Source: Macrostomum lignano (Eukaryota). Taken from it: a DNA stretch of 64,000 bases. Position numbers and translations under genes: made by a program. This document shows positions 40,680 through 56,400 of this stretch, in pieces. The stretch is from assembly GCA_002269645.1 (NCBI GenBank), contig NIVC01003975.1:2957-66956 (forward strand), written 5' to 3'. The notes below the pieces were generated by a model. The model made no database searches. It was given only the letters and a program-made list of their open reading frames with translations, and was not told the DNA's origin. Each line of letters begins with the position of its first letter. The stretch's first letter is position 1.

Positions 40680-43600
40680 AACCTAGGGCATAAATATGTT
40701 ATACTTTATATTTTTGTTTTGGGATATTTTCATATGAAATAAAAGTCTGTTGGCATAGTACATTGGCATACATGAACTAGGGAAACAATTTTTGCTCTGG
40801 CATTCAATGCTATGTTACATGATCCTAGTATATAAGGTCTAGGGCCCTTATCATAAAAAACTCAAGTCAAATTAACAACTGCAAAAATGAATATGTTTGG
40901 ACAAATCTTATTTTACTTAAGTAGTTGAAAAACTTGTCAAATTGCAAATTGTTGGTTTTTTGCTTGTAATCAAAGACATTATACAAGATAACAAGTACAA
41001 CTATATCAAAATTTGCATTTGCATAGGCCTATTGTTATATCACAGTCAATGACATTGTCATTTGCACCTACAGTCAATGACAATGTCGATCTCATTTAAA
41101 TTAAAATTGTCTAAATCACTTGTCTAAATTACTATATTACTAAAAAACAAAACTTCTAACTTAAACTTATCCAACAAAATGACTCGCACTTCTGGGCATT
41201 AGGCAAAATGACACGGAAAGTCTTTAGGACAATTGTTAGTAGTATAGCGATATAATCTCGCCCGTTAGTAACCCAACCAAAGGCAAAAAGTACTGGGCAG
41301 CTGCAGACTCCGCTATCTGATAGAATTCCAGCAAAATCTAAATGAAACACAATACACAAAGCCGTTAGATAGGCTTATGAAAGGCAAGGGGGTGCCACCG
41401 AATTCGTCAACATCTCGTCATCTCGTCAATTCGTCAACGTCAGCAAGGAACAGATATTCTGTATCGCAATCTCGTACGTATCAAATAAGATAATGAAAAC
41501 CGAACTTGAACTGCTTAAATGATACTGAACTTACTCATTTGTTCCAACTTCGCAGAAAATACCTTTTTTAAAATTAGGCTAATCATAAGATGCAAGTTTT
41601 TTTCAGAATAATCTATTAAAACTGGAATACTCTACTTTAATAATTAATTTACTTTTTGCATTTTTTATTTTATTTATATTTTTTGTATTAAGTTTTGTTG
41701 TTTTACTTTAATGTTAAAAATTTAAATACACAATCTTCCTAGAAGAAATGTCATTACACGTCGCGTCACCGTCACATCATTTCTACCAGAAAATTATTGG
41801 TGTGGTTATATAAGTAAGGACCGTGAACAGAAGAATCTTTGTTATGTTATTCGTTCTAAACCTACTATCCTTTGAGAATTAAGTGAAACTGAGTTTAAGT
41901 CACACAACGTTTTATCTACTAGTTATTTACAACAAAAATAGGCCTATGTTTTTAATTTAATCTTGTCTTGGGAAGGGAAGCTAACTTTTTGAGCAGTGTG
42001 GCGTGCGTTCTAATTCTAATTCCCCACCGCATTTTGTGGCCACTATTGGCCGTCGAGTGGTTTATTCTTTTATTTTTTAGAACTTTAACTTAGTCAGTTC
42101 TACTTCTAATTCTAAATTCTAGACCTGGGCATGGTTAGGAACAGGAAGGGCAGGGCAGGGGCGCCTTGTGCCAAGTAAAAAAGTGCATGTGGGCCAAGAA
42201 ACAAGTAACGCGCACCTTGTATTACTATTAGGCTTAGTGCGTCTAGCTATAATATGGCAGTATAATAAGTTCTGGGTTTTGCAAAATGCATCAGTCATAA
42301 ATAAAGGCAAAACAATACAATAGATAGTCACAATTCTAAAAAAATTATGAATTAATTAAATTTATGAGAACAATGCAATTTAGAAATTTATATATTTTTG
42401 AGTTTTTTCTTTAACATTAATACAATAATGATTGTTGTAATATTTTAAACTTTCAATGCAATTTGTATCATTTGTATATTTGGAAATAGGCCTTATATAT
42501 TCGTGCTATTTGAATTGAATTAAATATTTGAAAAAGTAGCTAGTACACATTTACATGTCATACATTACATGTGAACTAAGAAGATTTTACTTTATAGACT
42601 ATGTTTTAAGTATGGTCTTTTTATTAACATTTAAAACAAAAAATAATTACCGAAAATAATTTGCTTACTTAAACAAAATAGAGTAGTGTTTCCTAGTTTT
42701 TTGCACTAATTTAATTTGACAAAAGTTCAATCTATTTTTGCGTGTAAAGCATTGTCACTACAATATAGAAATAAAACAAACTATTATAGATTTTATGAAG
42801 GCAGTTATGATAGGCACTAGTACATATTATTACTTTATTCATTATAATAACTTTTCTACAAGTTGGAAAGTTGGTGGAAATTGCAGATAAATAAATAAAA
42901 AATTATCATATTTAAATTTGTCATAATATGATATTGACTTCACCAAATCAATAAAACTTTAAAATTTAAATATGACAACTTTGACTAAAAGCAAGGGCAT
43001 ATATTACATATTTATGTAATACAATGAAATTAATATATATATTTGAAATTTGTTCTGCTATATTTGATTTTTGTCTATCGGTGTATGTATTCCATTGTAC
43101 TAGGCCTATTAATTTAATTAAGAATATTCCTAGAATTCTAAGCAGATGGTTGCCCCTATGAGTTGAGATCCTTGCATAGCCCATGCAACACAATATGATT
43201 TAGTGAATGCTATACTCATTATACTTGTTTGATTCATAGATGATGAAATAACCAAACTCATTAAGTGCCATTATTGATGGATAATAGAGTGATAAATGCT
43301 AGGTAATAGATGACAAATTGTTCGGATAACAAAGTGTCTAGGAACCAATTCTAAGTCATTTTGTTATTTACCATTTTATCATCTAGGATATTTATGGGAC
43401 TATTTTGGTTCTATTCAATTTGTAATTTTACTTAGTAGGCATAGCTGTGATTCTTCTATATCTCCCATTATAAATTCCAAAAACTTCTGCAATCAGTTAA
43501 ATTAGATGATAGTATATTAGTGCTCATAAGATAAAAATAGGAGAGATATTTATTTCATTTTATGATCACATTCATGTTAAAATTACATTTAGAGGACTGT

Positions 43601-44198
43601 TAGCACAAAAGGAGAAAAATAAATGTACTAACAAAGGCTTTATACCTAGGGCTATATGTATTACATCCTTCAATTTGTAGAATAGGTTAGAAAATTGTCT
43701 AAAGATATCATTCTCAACAATATAAATGGATATTTTAAGGCTTGTATAAAGGTTGCTTATCAAATAATAAATGAACTTTTTACTATGCCAATAAATTAAC
43801 CCTATAATGATTTTGTTATATTTTAATTTTTTAAAATGTGTTAAAAATCAGGCTATTTTCCTAGGTAACTGAATAGATAGACTAATGCTTATTATTGTCC
43901 TATTAGAGCTAAAAACCTATTTTTAGAATATAGCATATACTGGTAATATACAGTTGGTAAAAATTTAAAACAATCTGTAGGTCTAATTGAAGATACATAA
44001 GTGTCTGTGACTTATCTAAGGTTTCTTATATTTTCTGTAAATAAAAAGTTCAAGGTTTAATTATCATCAGGGGTCATTAACATGCTAAATTTTACTTATT
44101 GAATAGTTTTGAATTCAATAATTGTGTAAAATATATAAAGCACTAATATTTATTTGCATTTGTGGGTGTTATATCACTGTTACTGATATTGCATGTAA

Positions 44199-45626
<1,428 letters not shown>

Positions 45627-45858
45627 CTGAGTGAGTAGTATATGCTTTGTTCTGTTTCTATTAAATACCTATAGAAAACATTTTGAAGTTTCCACCACAC
45701 GACCATTGTGGTCAATACGTGGGTATTTGATAATCTATTTCTAAGTGTAAAGTGTGTTTTTTATTTTATGGCAAAATTCAATAAATCCATCTCGCTATTG
45801 TGCCGCTTCGCAGATGTCATCAAGGTTTCTATTTTTATTCCTCGGCAAAAATTTTCAA

Positions 45859-45915
<57 letters not shown>

Positions 45916-45916
45916 C

Positions 45917-46810
45917 CAGGGGTCGGCAAACTCCGGCCCGCAAAGCTTCTCTATTCGGCCCTCGGGTCATTTGAAACTTCACAGTAGCAATCCGGACCGC
46001 TAAACGTACGTTTACATCTCTTCTCAGCGTTGCTCTCTTTAATCTTCTCTCCTCTCCTCTCCTCTTCTCTCTCGCGTCTCTTGCCTCTCCTCTCTCTCTC
46101 CTCTCCTCTCGTCTCTTCTACTCTCCTCTTTTCTCCTCTCTTCTCTCTCCTCTCTCCTCTCTCCTCTCCTCTCCTCTCCTCTTCTCTCTCGCCTCTCTTG
46201 CCTCTCCTCTCTCTCTCCTCTCCTCTCGTCTCTTCTACTCTCCTCTTTTCTCCTCTCTTCTCTCTCCTCTCTCCTCTCTCCTCTCTCCTCTCCTCTCTCT
46301 CTCCTCTCCTCTCGTCTCTTCTACTCTCCTTTTTTCTCCTCTCTTCTCTCTCCTCTCTCCTCTCTCCTCTCCTCTCCTCTCCTCTTCTCTCTCGCCTCTC
46401 TTGCCTCTCCTCTCTCTCTCCTCTCCTCTCGTCTCTTCTACTCTCCTCTTTTCTCCTCTCTTCTCTCTCCTCTCTCCTCTCTCCTCTCCTCTCCTCTCCT
46501 CTTCTCTCTCGCCTCTCTTGCCTCTCCTCTCTCCTCTCTCCTCTCCTCTCTCCTCTCTCCTCTCCTCTCGTCTCTTCTCCGCTCCTCTCCTCTCCGCTCC
46601 TCTCCTCTCCGCTCCTCTCCTCTCCGCTCCTCTCCTCTTCTCTCCTCTCTATGTTATCTCCTCTCCTCTTTTCTCTTGTATTCCCTCGTCTCTCCCTTCC
46701 CCTATATCCCTTCTCTTCTCAATTCCCTTTCCTCTCTCCCCTGTTCCGGCCGGCAGTCATGCTTTAGGCTCTCTGTCTGGCCCTTTAAGTAATAATTTTG
46801 CCAAACCCTG
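45917..46810. mobile_element. Non-autonomous hAT (Charlie-like) element with an internal CT-rich expansion
   Basis: Ends CAGGGGTCGGCAAA / TTTGCCAAACCCTG; internal CGGCCC subterminal motifs; 8-bp flanks TTATATAC (45909-45916) and GTATATAC (46811-46818); (CTCTC)n tract 46040-46680; sits next to (TTA)n at 45860-45910. Confidence 0.8.
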
Positions 46811-47426
46811 GTATATACAATATTTACGTGTTGATTTTGAATTAAGGTAAACATTTTTATAAACATGCCATGCATTGTCTGTTTTGACTTTCTTAATTAA
46901 TAACTTTATACTATTTTCCTGTTACGGTTATAATGCCTAACCTGTTTGCAGTTTATACAGAAATTGCGATTATGAATAAATTAATAATCTCAGTAATTTT
47001 ATATTGTAGTATTTGAAAAACAATAAACAACTATAAACATATAAGTAAGATGCGCTGCTTTAAGTGTATACATTATGCCAATAATGCGAACGTTATTAAC
47101 CTTAAATGACTGAAGTCATTCTTATTCTTTTAAATTGAAAATTTTAAATTTGAAAATAGTGCCAGAAATTTATTTAAATTCTTTAAAAAAGATAGATTAT
47201 AATAATAGTTTTTTATAGTGGTATATTAGTCATAGTAAAAGAGGAACCGCGATTTTGTTTGGATTATACGCTATCATGAATTAAATCTTCTTAAACACGA
47301 GCATTTATATTAGTACACACAAAAATATCCGGCAGAACTCCATGCGCAATTTATACTACTTAATCGAAATTTGAGTCAGCAGTAGTCAGATAAGAGTTTT
47401 GTTTATAGTCTGCCCGGGTATTGTAA

Positions 47427-50400
47427 TTACTTGGTGTGCACCAGGGCGGGGAAGGTGCGCATTCGAAGCCGTTCAACTTCAGCTCTGAGCACCGCCACCT
47501 CTTTGGCTTGAGCTTTGGCCAGGTCAACAAGTCGCTGGCGTTGCAGAATCTGCTCGTACCGCTTCTTGGCGGCGTGCGACTCGTCACGTTTCTCCGCTGC
47601 AATTGGCGGCCAGTTGCAGTTGCTCTTTTTATAATATCGGTTTACGAGTAGATCTCTCCCTCTATGCGTTCTTAATCTCTCCCTTTGGATCATTTCTAAC
47701 TTCTATCTCCTCTCCCCTCTCTCATCTCTCTCCCCTCTCCCCTCTCCCCTATCCTCTCTCTTTTCAACCTACTCTCCTCTTTATCCTCTCCTCTCTCTTC
47801 TCTCTCCTCTTCCCTCCTGTCTCTCTCTCGTCCCATCTCCTCTCGCCTCTCCTTTTTCCTCATCTCTCCTGTCTCGGTTTCTCTTCGTATCCCAATTCTT
47901 TCTCATTCCCCTGTGTCTGCAAAACTTTATAGCAGCTTGGCACACAGTCTAGCTGAATCCTTATGCAGCCGTCAGCATTCCCAATGCACTCTCACCATTA
48001 GTCTCCTCGATGTGCACTCGCTCGTTAACGCCAACATTCATTTCCTCCAGCTCAGCGTCTAGTCGCTCATTTTTCTTGGCCAATTGTCCAGATTTCACCT
48101 CGGACAGTTCCTTCAGCCTGGCTTGTTTCATCTCAATCATTTTGGCGTGATGCTGGAGCAGATATTTTTGTAGGTTTGAAGAAATATTTTATTCGTTAAT
48201 AGTAGTCAGTCTAGCTAAATGTCCTCTATATTTTATAACCAACCTTTTTCATGAGCTCGATTGCCTGGTCCAGCTTCTGAATCTCGCTGTTGATCAAGCC
48301 GTCGTAATCCTCAGTTGACAGGTACTGAAATTGGGTGTAAATAGGTGAATTAAAACTGAGTTTAAAACTGTCCCTGGATATTGGTGTCAGGAAGGGCCAC
48401 TGGAGCTTAAAACAGTCACAGGATATTGGTGTCAGGAAGGGCCACTGGAGCTTAAAACTGTCACTGGATATTGGTGTCAGGAAGGCCCACTGGAGCTTAA
48501 AACTGTCACTGGATATTGGTGTCAGGAAGTCCCACTGCAGTATAAAACTGTCACTGGATATTGGTGTCAGGAAGTCCCACTGCAGTATAAAACTGTCACT
48601 GGATATTGGTGTCAGGAAGGGCCACTGCAGTATAAAACTGTCACTGGATATTGGTGTCAGGAAGGGCCACTGCAGTATAAAACTGTCACTGGATATTGGT
48701 GTCAGGAAGGGCCACTGCAGTATAAAACTGTCACTGGATATTGGTGTCAGGAAGGGCCACTGCAGTATAAAACTGTCACTGGATATTGGTGTCAGGAAGT
48801 CCCACTGCAGTATAAAACTGTCACTGGATATTGGTGTCAGGAAGGGCCACTGCAGTATAAAACTGTCACTGGATATTGGTGTCAGGAAGTGCCACTGCAG
48901 TATAAAACTGTCACTGGATATTGGTGTCAGGAAGGGCCACTGCAGTATAAAACTGTCACTGGATATTGGTGCCAGGAAGGGCCACTGCAGTATAAAACTG
49001 TCACTGGATATTGGTGTCAGGAAGGGCCACTGCAGTATAAAACTGTCACTGGATATTGGTGTCAGGAAGGGCCACTGCAGTATAAAACTGTCACTGGATA
49101 TTGGTGTCAGGAAGTCCCACTGCAGTATAAAACTGTCACTGGATATTGGTGTCAGGAAGGGCCACTGCAGTATAAAACTGTCACTGGATATTGGTGTCAG
49201 GAAGTCCCACTGCAGTATAAAACTGTCACTGGATATTGGTGTCAGGAAGGGCCACTGCAGTATAAAACTGTCACTGGATATTGGTGTCAGGAAGGGCCAC
49301 TGCAGTATAAAACTGTCACTGGATATTGGTGTCAGGAAGGGCCACTGCAGTATAAAACTGTCACTGGATATTGGTGTCAGGAAGGGCCACCGGAGTTTAA
49401 AACTGTCACTGGATATTGGTGCCAGGAAGGGCCACTGCAGTATAAAACTGTCACTGGAAATTGGTGTCAGGAAGGGCCACTGCAGTATAAAACTGTCACT
49501 GGATATTGGTGTCAGGAAGGGCCACTGCAGTATAAAACTGTCACTGGAAATTGGTGTCAGGAAGGGCCACTGCAGTATAAAACTGTCACTGGATATTGGT
49601 GTCAGGAAGTCCCACTGCAGTATAAAACTGTCACTGGATATTGGTGTCAGGAAGGGCCACTGCAGTATAAAACTGTCACTGGATATTGGTGTCAGGAAGG
49701 GCCACTGCAGTATAAAACTGTCACTGGATATTGGTGTCAGGAAGGGCCACTGCAGTATAAAACTGTCACTGGAAATTGGTGTCAGGAAGGGCCACTGCAG
49801 TATAAAACTGTCACTGGATATTGGTGTCAGGAAGGGCCACTGGAGCTTAACAATGAGACTGGATTATATGCATTTTGCGTAACATCAGATAAGTCTTGCT
49901 CTGTCCAAATGTAACTACTCAAATCAAAAGATTCTAGTAAGTAGTATAACTTTTAAATGCACTAAGATCTTAGTCCTACCCTCTGAATTTCGCGCGTTAT
50001 CTTGAAGCTATTAATATCGCGCAGCTTATTAATGAGATCCTCGGCGTCCATCCGCATGCCGCGGAGTTCCCATTCGAGTCGGCGGAACGTCTTCTTGGAG
50101 TCTTTGGCCTCCTCCATGAACCGCACCTTGGCCTCGCCCAGGGTCTTGATCTTGCTATTGAGGTCCTCCACTACACCGCGGCTGAGCAGAAGGCTGTCGG
50201 CGAAGTCAATGATAAAGTCGTCGCGCGGTTCGACCTCTACTTGACCCTGCTTGACCAGCAGCTGCACCTCCAGGTTGTTAGCGAACTGGGCTCGCTGATT
50301 GGCTAGTTGCTCCTGGAAGCAGATTGTTACAATTGCTTGGCGGCTAAGAAGCTATACTGTATCTATTGTATTGTCCTGTATCTTATTAGTCTCTCTCTCC

Positions 50401-53400
50401 CTTTATCTCAGTCTCTCTCCCTTTATCTCAGTCTCTCTCCCTTTATCTCAGTCTCTCTCCCTTTATCTCAGTCTCTCTCCCTTTATCTCAGTCTCTCTCC
50501 CTTTATCTCAGTCTCTCTCCCTTTATCTCAGTCTCTCTACCTTTATCTCAGTCTCTCTCCCTTTATCTCAGTCTCTCTCCCTTTATCTCAGTCTCTCTCC
50601 CTTTATCTCAGTCTCTCTCCCTTTATCTCAGTCTCTCTCCCTTTATCTCAGTCTCTCTAACTTTATCTCAGTCTCTCTCCCTTTATCTCAGTCTCTCTCC
50701 CTTTATCTCAGTCTCTCTCCCTTTATCTCAGTCTCTCTCCCTTTATCTCAGTCTCTCTCCCTTTATCTCAGTCTCTCTCCCTTTATCTCAGTCTCTCTCC
50801 CTTTATCTCAGTCTCTCTCCCTTTATCTCAGTCTCTCTCCCTTTATCTCAGTCTCTCTCCCTTCATCTCAGTCTCTCTAACTTTATCTCAGTCTCTCTCC
50901 CTTTATCTCAGTCTCTCTCCCTTTATCTCAGTCTCTCTCCCTTTATCTCAGTCTCTCTCCCTTTATCTCAGTCTCTCTTCCTTTATCTCAGTCTCTCTCC
51001 CTTTATCTCAGTCTCTCCAACTTTATCTCAGTCTCTCCAACTTTATCTCAGTCTCTCTCCCTTTATCTCAGTCTCTCTCCCTTTATCTCAGTCTCTCTCC
51101 CTTTATCTCAGTCTCTCTCCCTTTATCTCAGTCTCTCTCCCTTTATCTCAGTCTCTCTTCCTTTATCTCAGTCTCTCTCCCTTTATCTCAGTCTCTCTCC
51201 CTTCATCTCAGTCTCTCTCCCTATCTCGTTCTCTCTCTCTTATGGTACTTTAGCGTTAATCGGAGACCAAGCACTCACCTGCAGCAGTTTCAAGTTCTCT
51301 GCATCAGACTGCATCTGGTTGTACTCAGACTCGCGCTTAGTGACAAACGCTTGAAACTCGGACAGCGCCAGGGTCATGTCGCCAATCAGCAGCTCTTTCT
51401 CGCGCTTGGCCCGCCTCAGCTGGCAGAAGCGCTGCCACACGTGGGCGTCGAGGCCCGACGGCATGTGCCTCTCGTCGTCCTGCTCGCGAAGCACCTGTTG
51501 TTATTTGATCAAAGTATATCGCTTATTGGATGCTGCGAAATCCCACTTGACATCGTTCCACAACCAGTGCTGATGATGCAATTCTGCACATTCCGCAGAG
51601 TCCTGAGCACATTCAAGTGTGCCAACACTGTACGCAGGCACGCGCTCATAGAGGATGTACAGTGGCCCGTTGACTTCCTAACCATCAGGCATGTCTTGGG
51701 GGTTGGCCCTCGTAAGCCTCAAATTAATTAGTAATCGAACTAGGGTCAACTAGGTCAGGTGACGCGACAGTCACACAAAAATTGTCTGAATGATTCTGTG
51801 AACTTATTCATTCATGAACTCATCAGCTAGTGCAGAAAAACACCTTGTCAGTTTCTCAGAATATTCGTCTCTTTAAAAAGCATTATTCACCTGTCCCAGA
51901 GCCTGTCGGGCGCCCTCCTGTCGGCTGGCCGTTGTCGGCCGGTTTCCGTACGGATTGAACGGCGCTTCGCCCAGACCGGCTTTGATCTTCAATCTGCAAA
52001 TTGAGTTGTTTTGATAAGAATTTGGGTATCGACTATTAATGCTAGCATTATATTATAAGTTCAAAATAAGAGATTAGAGGTGTCGGGACATCAAAAGTAT
52101 TCCGCTGTTAACAAGTTAAAATGATAAATATGGATTATTGTCGAGACATCAAAGGGTCTTACCGCCCTTTTTAAGTTTAAAATGAGAGATAAGAAACGGT
52201 GTCGGAACATCAAAGTGGCCGCCGTTATCAAGTTAAAAATGAGAGATAAGAAACGGTGTCGGAACATCAAAGTGGCCGCCGTTATCAAGTTAAAAATGAG
52301 AGATAAGAAACGGTGTCGGGACATCAAAGGGGCCGCCGCCTTTTTTAAGTTAAAAAAAGACATAATCAAGGTAACGCTACTATTTATATTGTAATAATGT
52401 GTTGGCAACACTTACTGGGGCAATTTCTTCTTGTACATTTTGTGCAGCGTGTCGGCCATTGCTGCGGAAATTTCTGGAAATTCTTTCTTGAAAGCGGAGA
52501 AGTTCTTCTCCATGTACTCGTTGTCGGACTTGGCGTATTGAATCTGCTCGTCTTGGGTCTTCACCAGCTTGCGACTGCGGTCGATCAGGGGTCCGAGATC
52601 CTCTAGGGCGGCTCGACGCTTCGTCAGTTGGCTAGCGAGCTCCTGCTCGCGAACGCTGAGCTCCTCCTCGATGAGCAACGCCAGCCTCAGCCGGTAGATC
52701 TTCAGCTCCTCGTGCACCACAGCAGACTGGGTTTTGACTTTGAGGGAGAACAGCTGTCGGAGCTCCTGATCGAATGACGTCATGTTGTCCTCCGTGAGGC
52801 CCTAGAAATCGGTGCGCGAGGTGAGCGTTTTGGGTGAGTCTGGCTTGTTTGGCGCTAATTAAAAACATCTGAGAAGCTAGCATTTAAAATCAAGTTGGCG
52901 GTCTGTGAGACACCCAAAGCGGCGCCTAGAGGCACACAAATTTGGCGCTTGTGAGCCACCCGATTTGGTGCTGTGAGACACCCAAATTAGCGCCGTTGAG
53001 ACACCCAAATTAGCGCCGTTGAGACACCCGAATTAGCGCCTTTGAAACACCCTAATTGGCGCCTTTTTGAGACATCCAAATTGGCGCCTTTAAGACACCC
53101 AAATCGGCGCCTTTGATACTCCTAAATCGGCGCTTATGAGACATACAGATCGGCGCCTTTAAGACACCCTAATTGGCGCCTTTGAGACTCCCAAATCGGC
53201 GCCTTTGATACTCCCAAATCGGCGCTTATGAGACACACAAATCGGCGCCTTTGAGACACCCTAATTGGCGCCTTTAAGACTCCCAGATCGGCGCCTTTGA
53301 GACACCCTAATTGGCGCCTTTTTGAGACACCCAAATCGGCGCCTTTGATACTCCCAAATCGGCGCTTATGAGACACACAAATCGGCGCCTTTGAGACACT

Positions 53401-56400
53401 AAAAATTGGCGCCAGTGAGCCACACAAGTTGGCGCCTTTAAGACACGCAAAACGGCGCCTTTGAGACTCCCAAATCGGCAACTTTGAGATTCCCAAAACG
53501 GCGCCTGTGAGACAGCCGATTTCAATGATCACCTAAAGTCGATAATCCAAATCTGCAGTCTTGTTTCAAACATCAAGTGGTTTGGCGTATCTACAAGGGA
53601 GAAATTTCTCACCTGCAGCTTCTTCAATTCGGCCTCGAGCTGCTTGCGATATTTCTCCCGCTCCTCTTGCAGTTCCCGAACCCGGCGCTCGTAGTCTTCG
53701 GCTGCTTTTCGTTCCTCTTCGTTCCATTCGGTTTCCTGGAATTGCAGTGGACATTGGGACGTGATCGTGGCTATCCATGTACATTTTCACAGATTCATCA
53801 ACGGTTCACCGACGTTATCCACGTTCACAAATTCAAAAAATTTGCAGATCCACCCATTCACAGGTTCACCCATTTACAGGTTCACTATTTCACAGTCTGA
53901 TCAATTGACATATACACATATTCACTTGTTCACGGTTTCCTAAGTTTATCCATTCAAAGATTCACACACCCACAGATTTAACAATTTACAGTTTTATCCA
54001 TTCACAAGTTTGTACCCATTTACAGGTTCACCCATTCACAGGCTCACCCGTTCACAGGTTCACCCATTCACAGGTTTATCCATTCACAGGTTCACCCATT
54101 CACAGGTTCACCCATTCACAGGTTCACCCATTCACAGGTTCACCCATTCACAGGTTCACCCATTCACAGGTTCACCCATTCACAGGTTCACCCATTCACA
54201 GGTTCACCCATTCACAGGTTCACCCATTCACAGGTTCACCCATTCACAGGTTCATCCCTTTAAGAGGTTCATCCATTCACAGGTTTACCCATTCACAGAT
54301 TCTCCGATGTATGCACCTGTTCACCAATTCCCTCACCTGCTTATTAATCATAAACGCCGGCTTAGGAATGTCCTTCTTGAGCTCGTCCTCCTTGTGCACC
54401 TCCAGCACTCCGCCCATCATCTTGTCCAGGCCGCGCTCTCGCCAGTTGTCCAGCCTCTCCCGTCTGAGTCGATCCTCCTCAGCTTGACGCTCCTCTACGA
54501 GCTTCTTCTGCTGCTCCGGCGTCAAGTATTTCTCAACGGTGACCTCGCTGTCGCTTACAGTGAACAGCAGCTCGGGCTTCTCAACGGCCACAAAGTTCGG
54601 ATCCGACACGGCGGTTGGCAAGCCCAGATCCGATACGATCTTCTTTACTCGCAAATTTCTTTCGCGAATTTTGCTCATCTCCTGGTCTTTCTTCTTGTAA
54701 ACTTCGTTGAATGCCTTGTTGAAGCCGGTCTTGATGTGCCGGATCGAGTCCTGGTTCGAGTTGTTGTTTGGCGAGTTTGAGGTTTAGTTCATTGCTTGTG
54801 TCGTCTCAGGAAAATTTAGTGGGAGAAAAGTAGTGAAAGATCCGAGAAATACTTTTTTTAGTTTTGGAAAATACCAGTGTGAGTCTTGAGAACTCTGTGG
54901 GATCTCGAAAATCCCTGGTGTGAGTTCTGGGAATCCCTGGGTGAGTTCCGGGAAATCTCTGGGGCAATTCCGGGAAATCCCTGTACAAGATTTAGGAAAT
55001 CCCTGTGTGAGTTCTGGGGAATCCCTGTGAGAATTCCGGGAAACCCTTGTGTGAGTTCTCGGAAATCTGTGTGGAATCTCAAAAATCTCTGGTGTGAATT
55101 CTAGAGAATCCTTGTGTGAATTCTGGGAAGTCTTTCTTGTGCGAGTCTATGGAAGTCTTTCTTGTGCGAGTCTATGGGAAGTCTTTCTTGTGCGAGTCTA
55201 TGGGAAGTCTTTCTTGTGCGAGTCTATGGGAAGTCTTTCTTGTGCGAGTCTATGGGAAGTCTTTCTTGTGCGAGTCTATGGGAAGTCCCGTTTGACAAAA
55301 TGCGAGATATGCAGGGAAACCCAGAGTGAATTCTGGGAAATCCCTGTGCAATATTTGAGAAATCCCTGTGTGAGTTCTGGGGAATTCCTGTGCCAAATTC
55401 GGGACATCATTGTGTGAGATCTGGGAAATCCCTGCGGGAAATTCGTGGAATCCTGGAAATATACAATGCAATAGAGGGAAATCCGTACATATACAATGTA
55501 CGGCAATGACAGAATATTCCTCTATATTTTGGTTTCACTGAGACACCAAATATGAAATCCGGAAAATTCTATTTTATTTTTAGGGAAATCCAACGACGAC
55601 CCTGCAGGGAGTTCCATAAGTGCGATTTTTAGGAAAGAAATCGTAAGAATGCAAGCTTCAAATGTCAGACCTGTTATTAATAAATGGCGTATTTACTAAT
55701 TAGAAACAATTGGCTCACCTGCAGAAGCACAATCTGGTTAATCTTCTGCTCCCGGGAGTGCAGCTCAAACTGCGAGTAAAACATCGACTTGAGAATGCCG
55801 AATCGCTCAGCTAAAAATAAAAAATAATAACGGTGTTACACTGTCCGTAACTTGCTAGCTGTTTAATTTTGAAAAATATTTAATTGCAACATTGTCAATA
55901 ATAAAATGGCATACAGTATTTTTTTTGAAAACTTTTTGGCATATTTGCATTTACTATGAGCTCGTTGATAAATGGTTTTCAGTTAGTACACGCTTTGATA
56001 TCACTCAAAACGAGGTGATTCTTTAACGATGATGTTTTAATGAACTTTATCGTAAATATATTTGTTATACTTCACATTTTAAAAAGTGCTAATAATTGTT
56101 TTACTTTAAAACTTGTCTTATTTACTTACTGAGTGGTCTGTTAATTTTAATAGTAAAAATCGACTTTTTAGTAACAACAGGTTAGTATTTAAATGTACTT
56201 TTCTCGTGAATTTTGCAATTTTCTAAGAAATCCAGTAAAGCTATTCCGAAGCAACGTAAAAATTAAGAGCTGCCGGCTTTAGTAACGTATCTTTTTTCTG
56301 ACGAGCAAAATTTTCCGGAATATTTTAGAAATGCATTTTAAAGCAAAGAAAAAACTTGAAATAGCATTGTTAGTTAATTTTCCAGACTTATTAATTTGTT

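Noticed and set aside
48889-49914. 341-aa [15 protein letters not shown] repeat protein
   Set aside because: 45-bp intronic array antisense to CFAP43, with near-identity at silent positions; nothing suggests selection on a protein.
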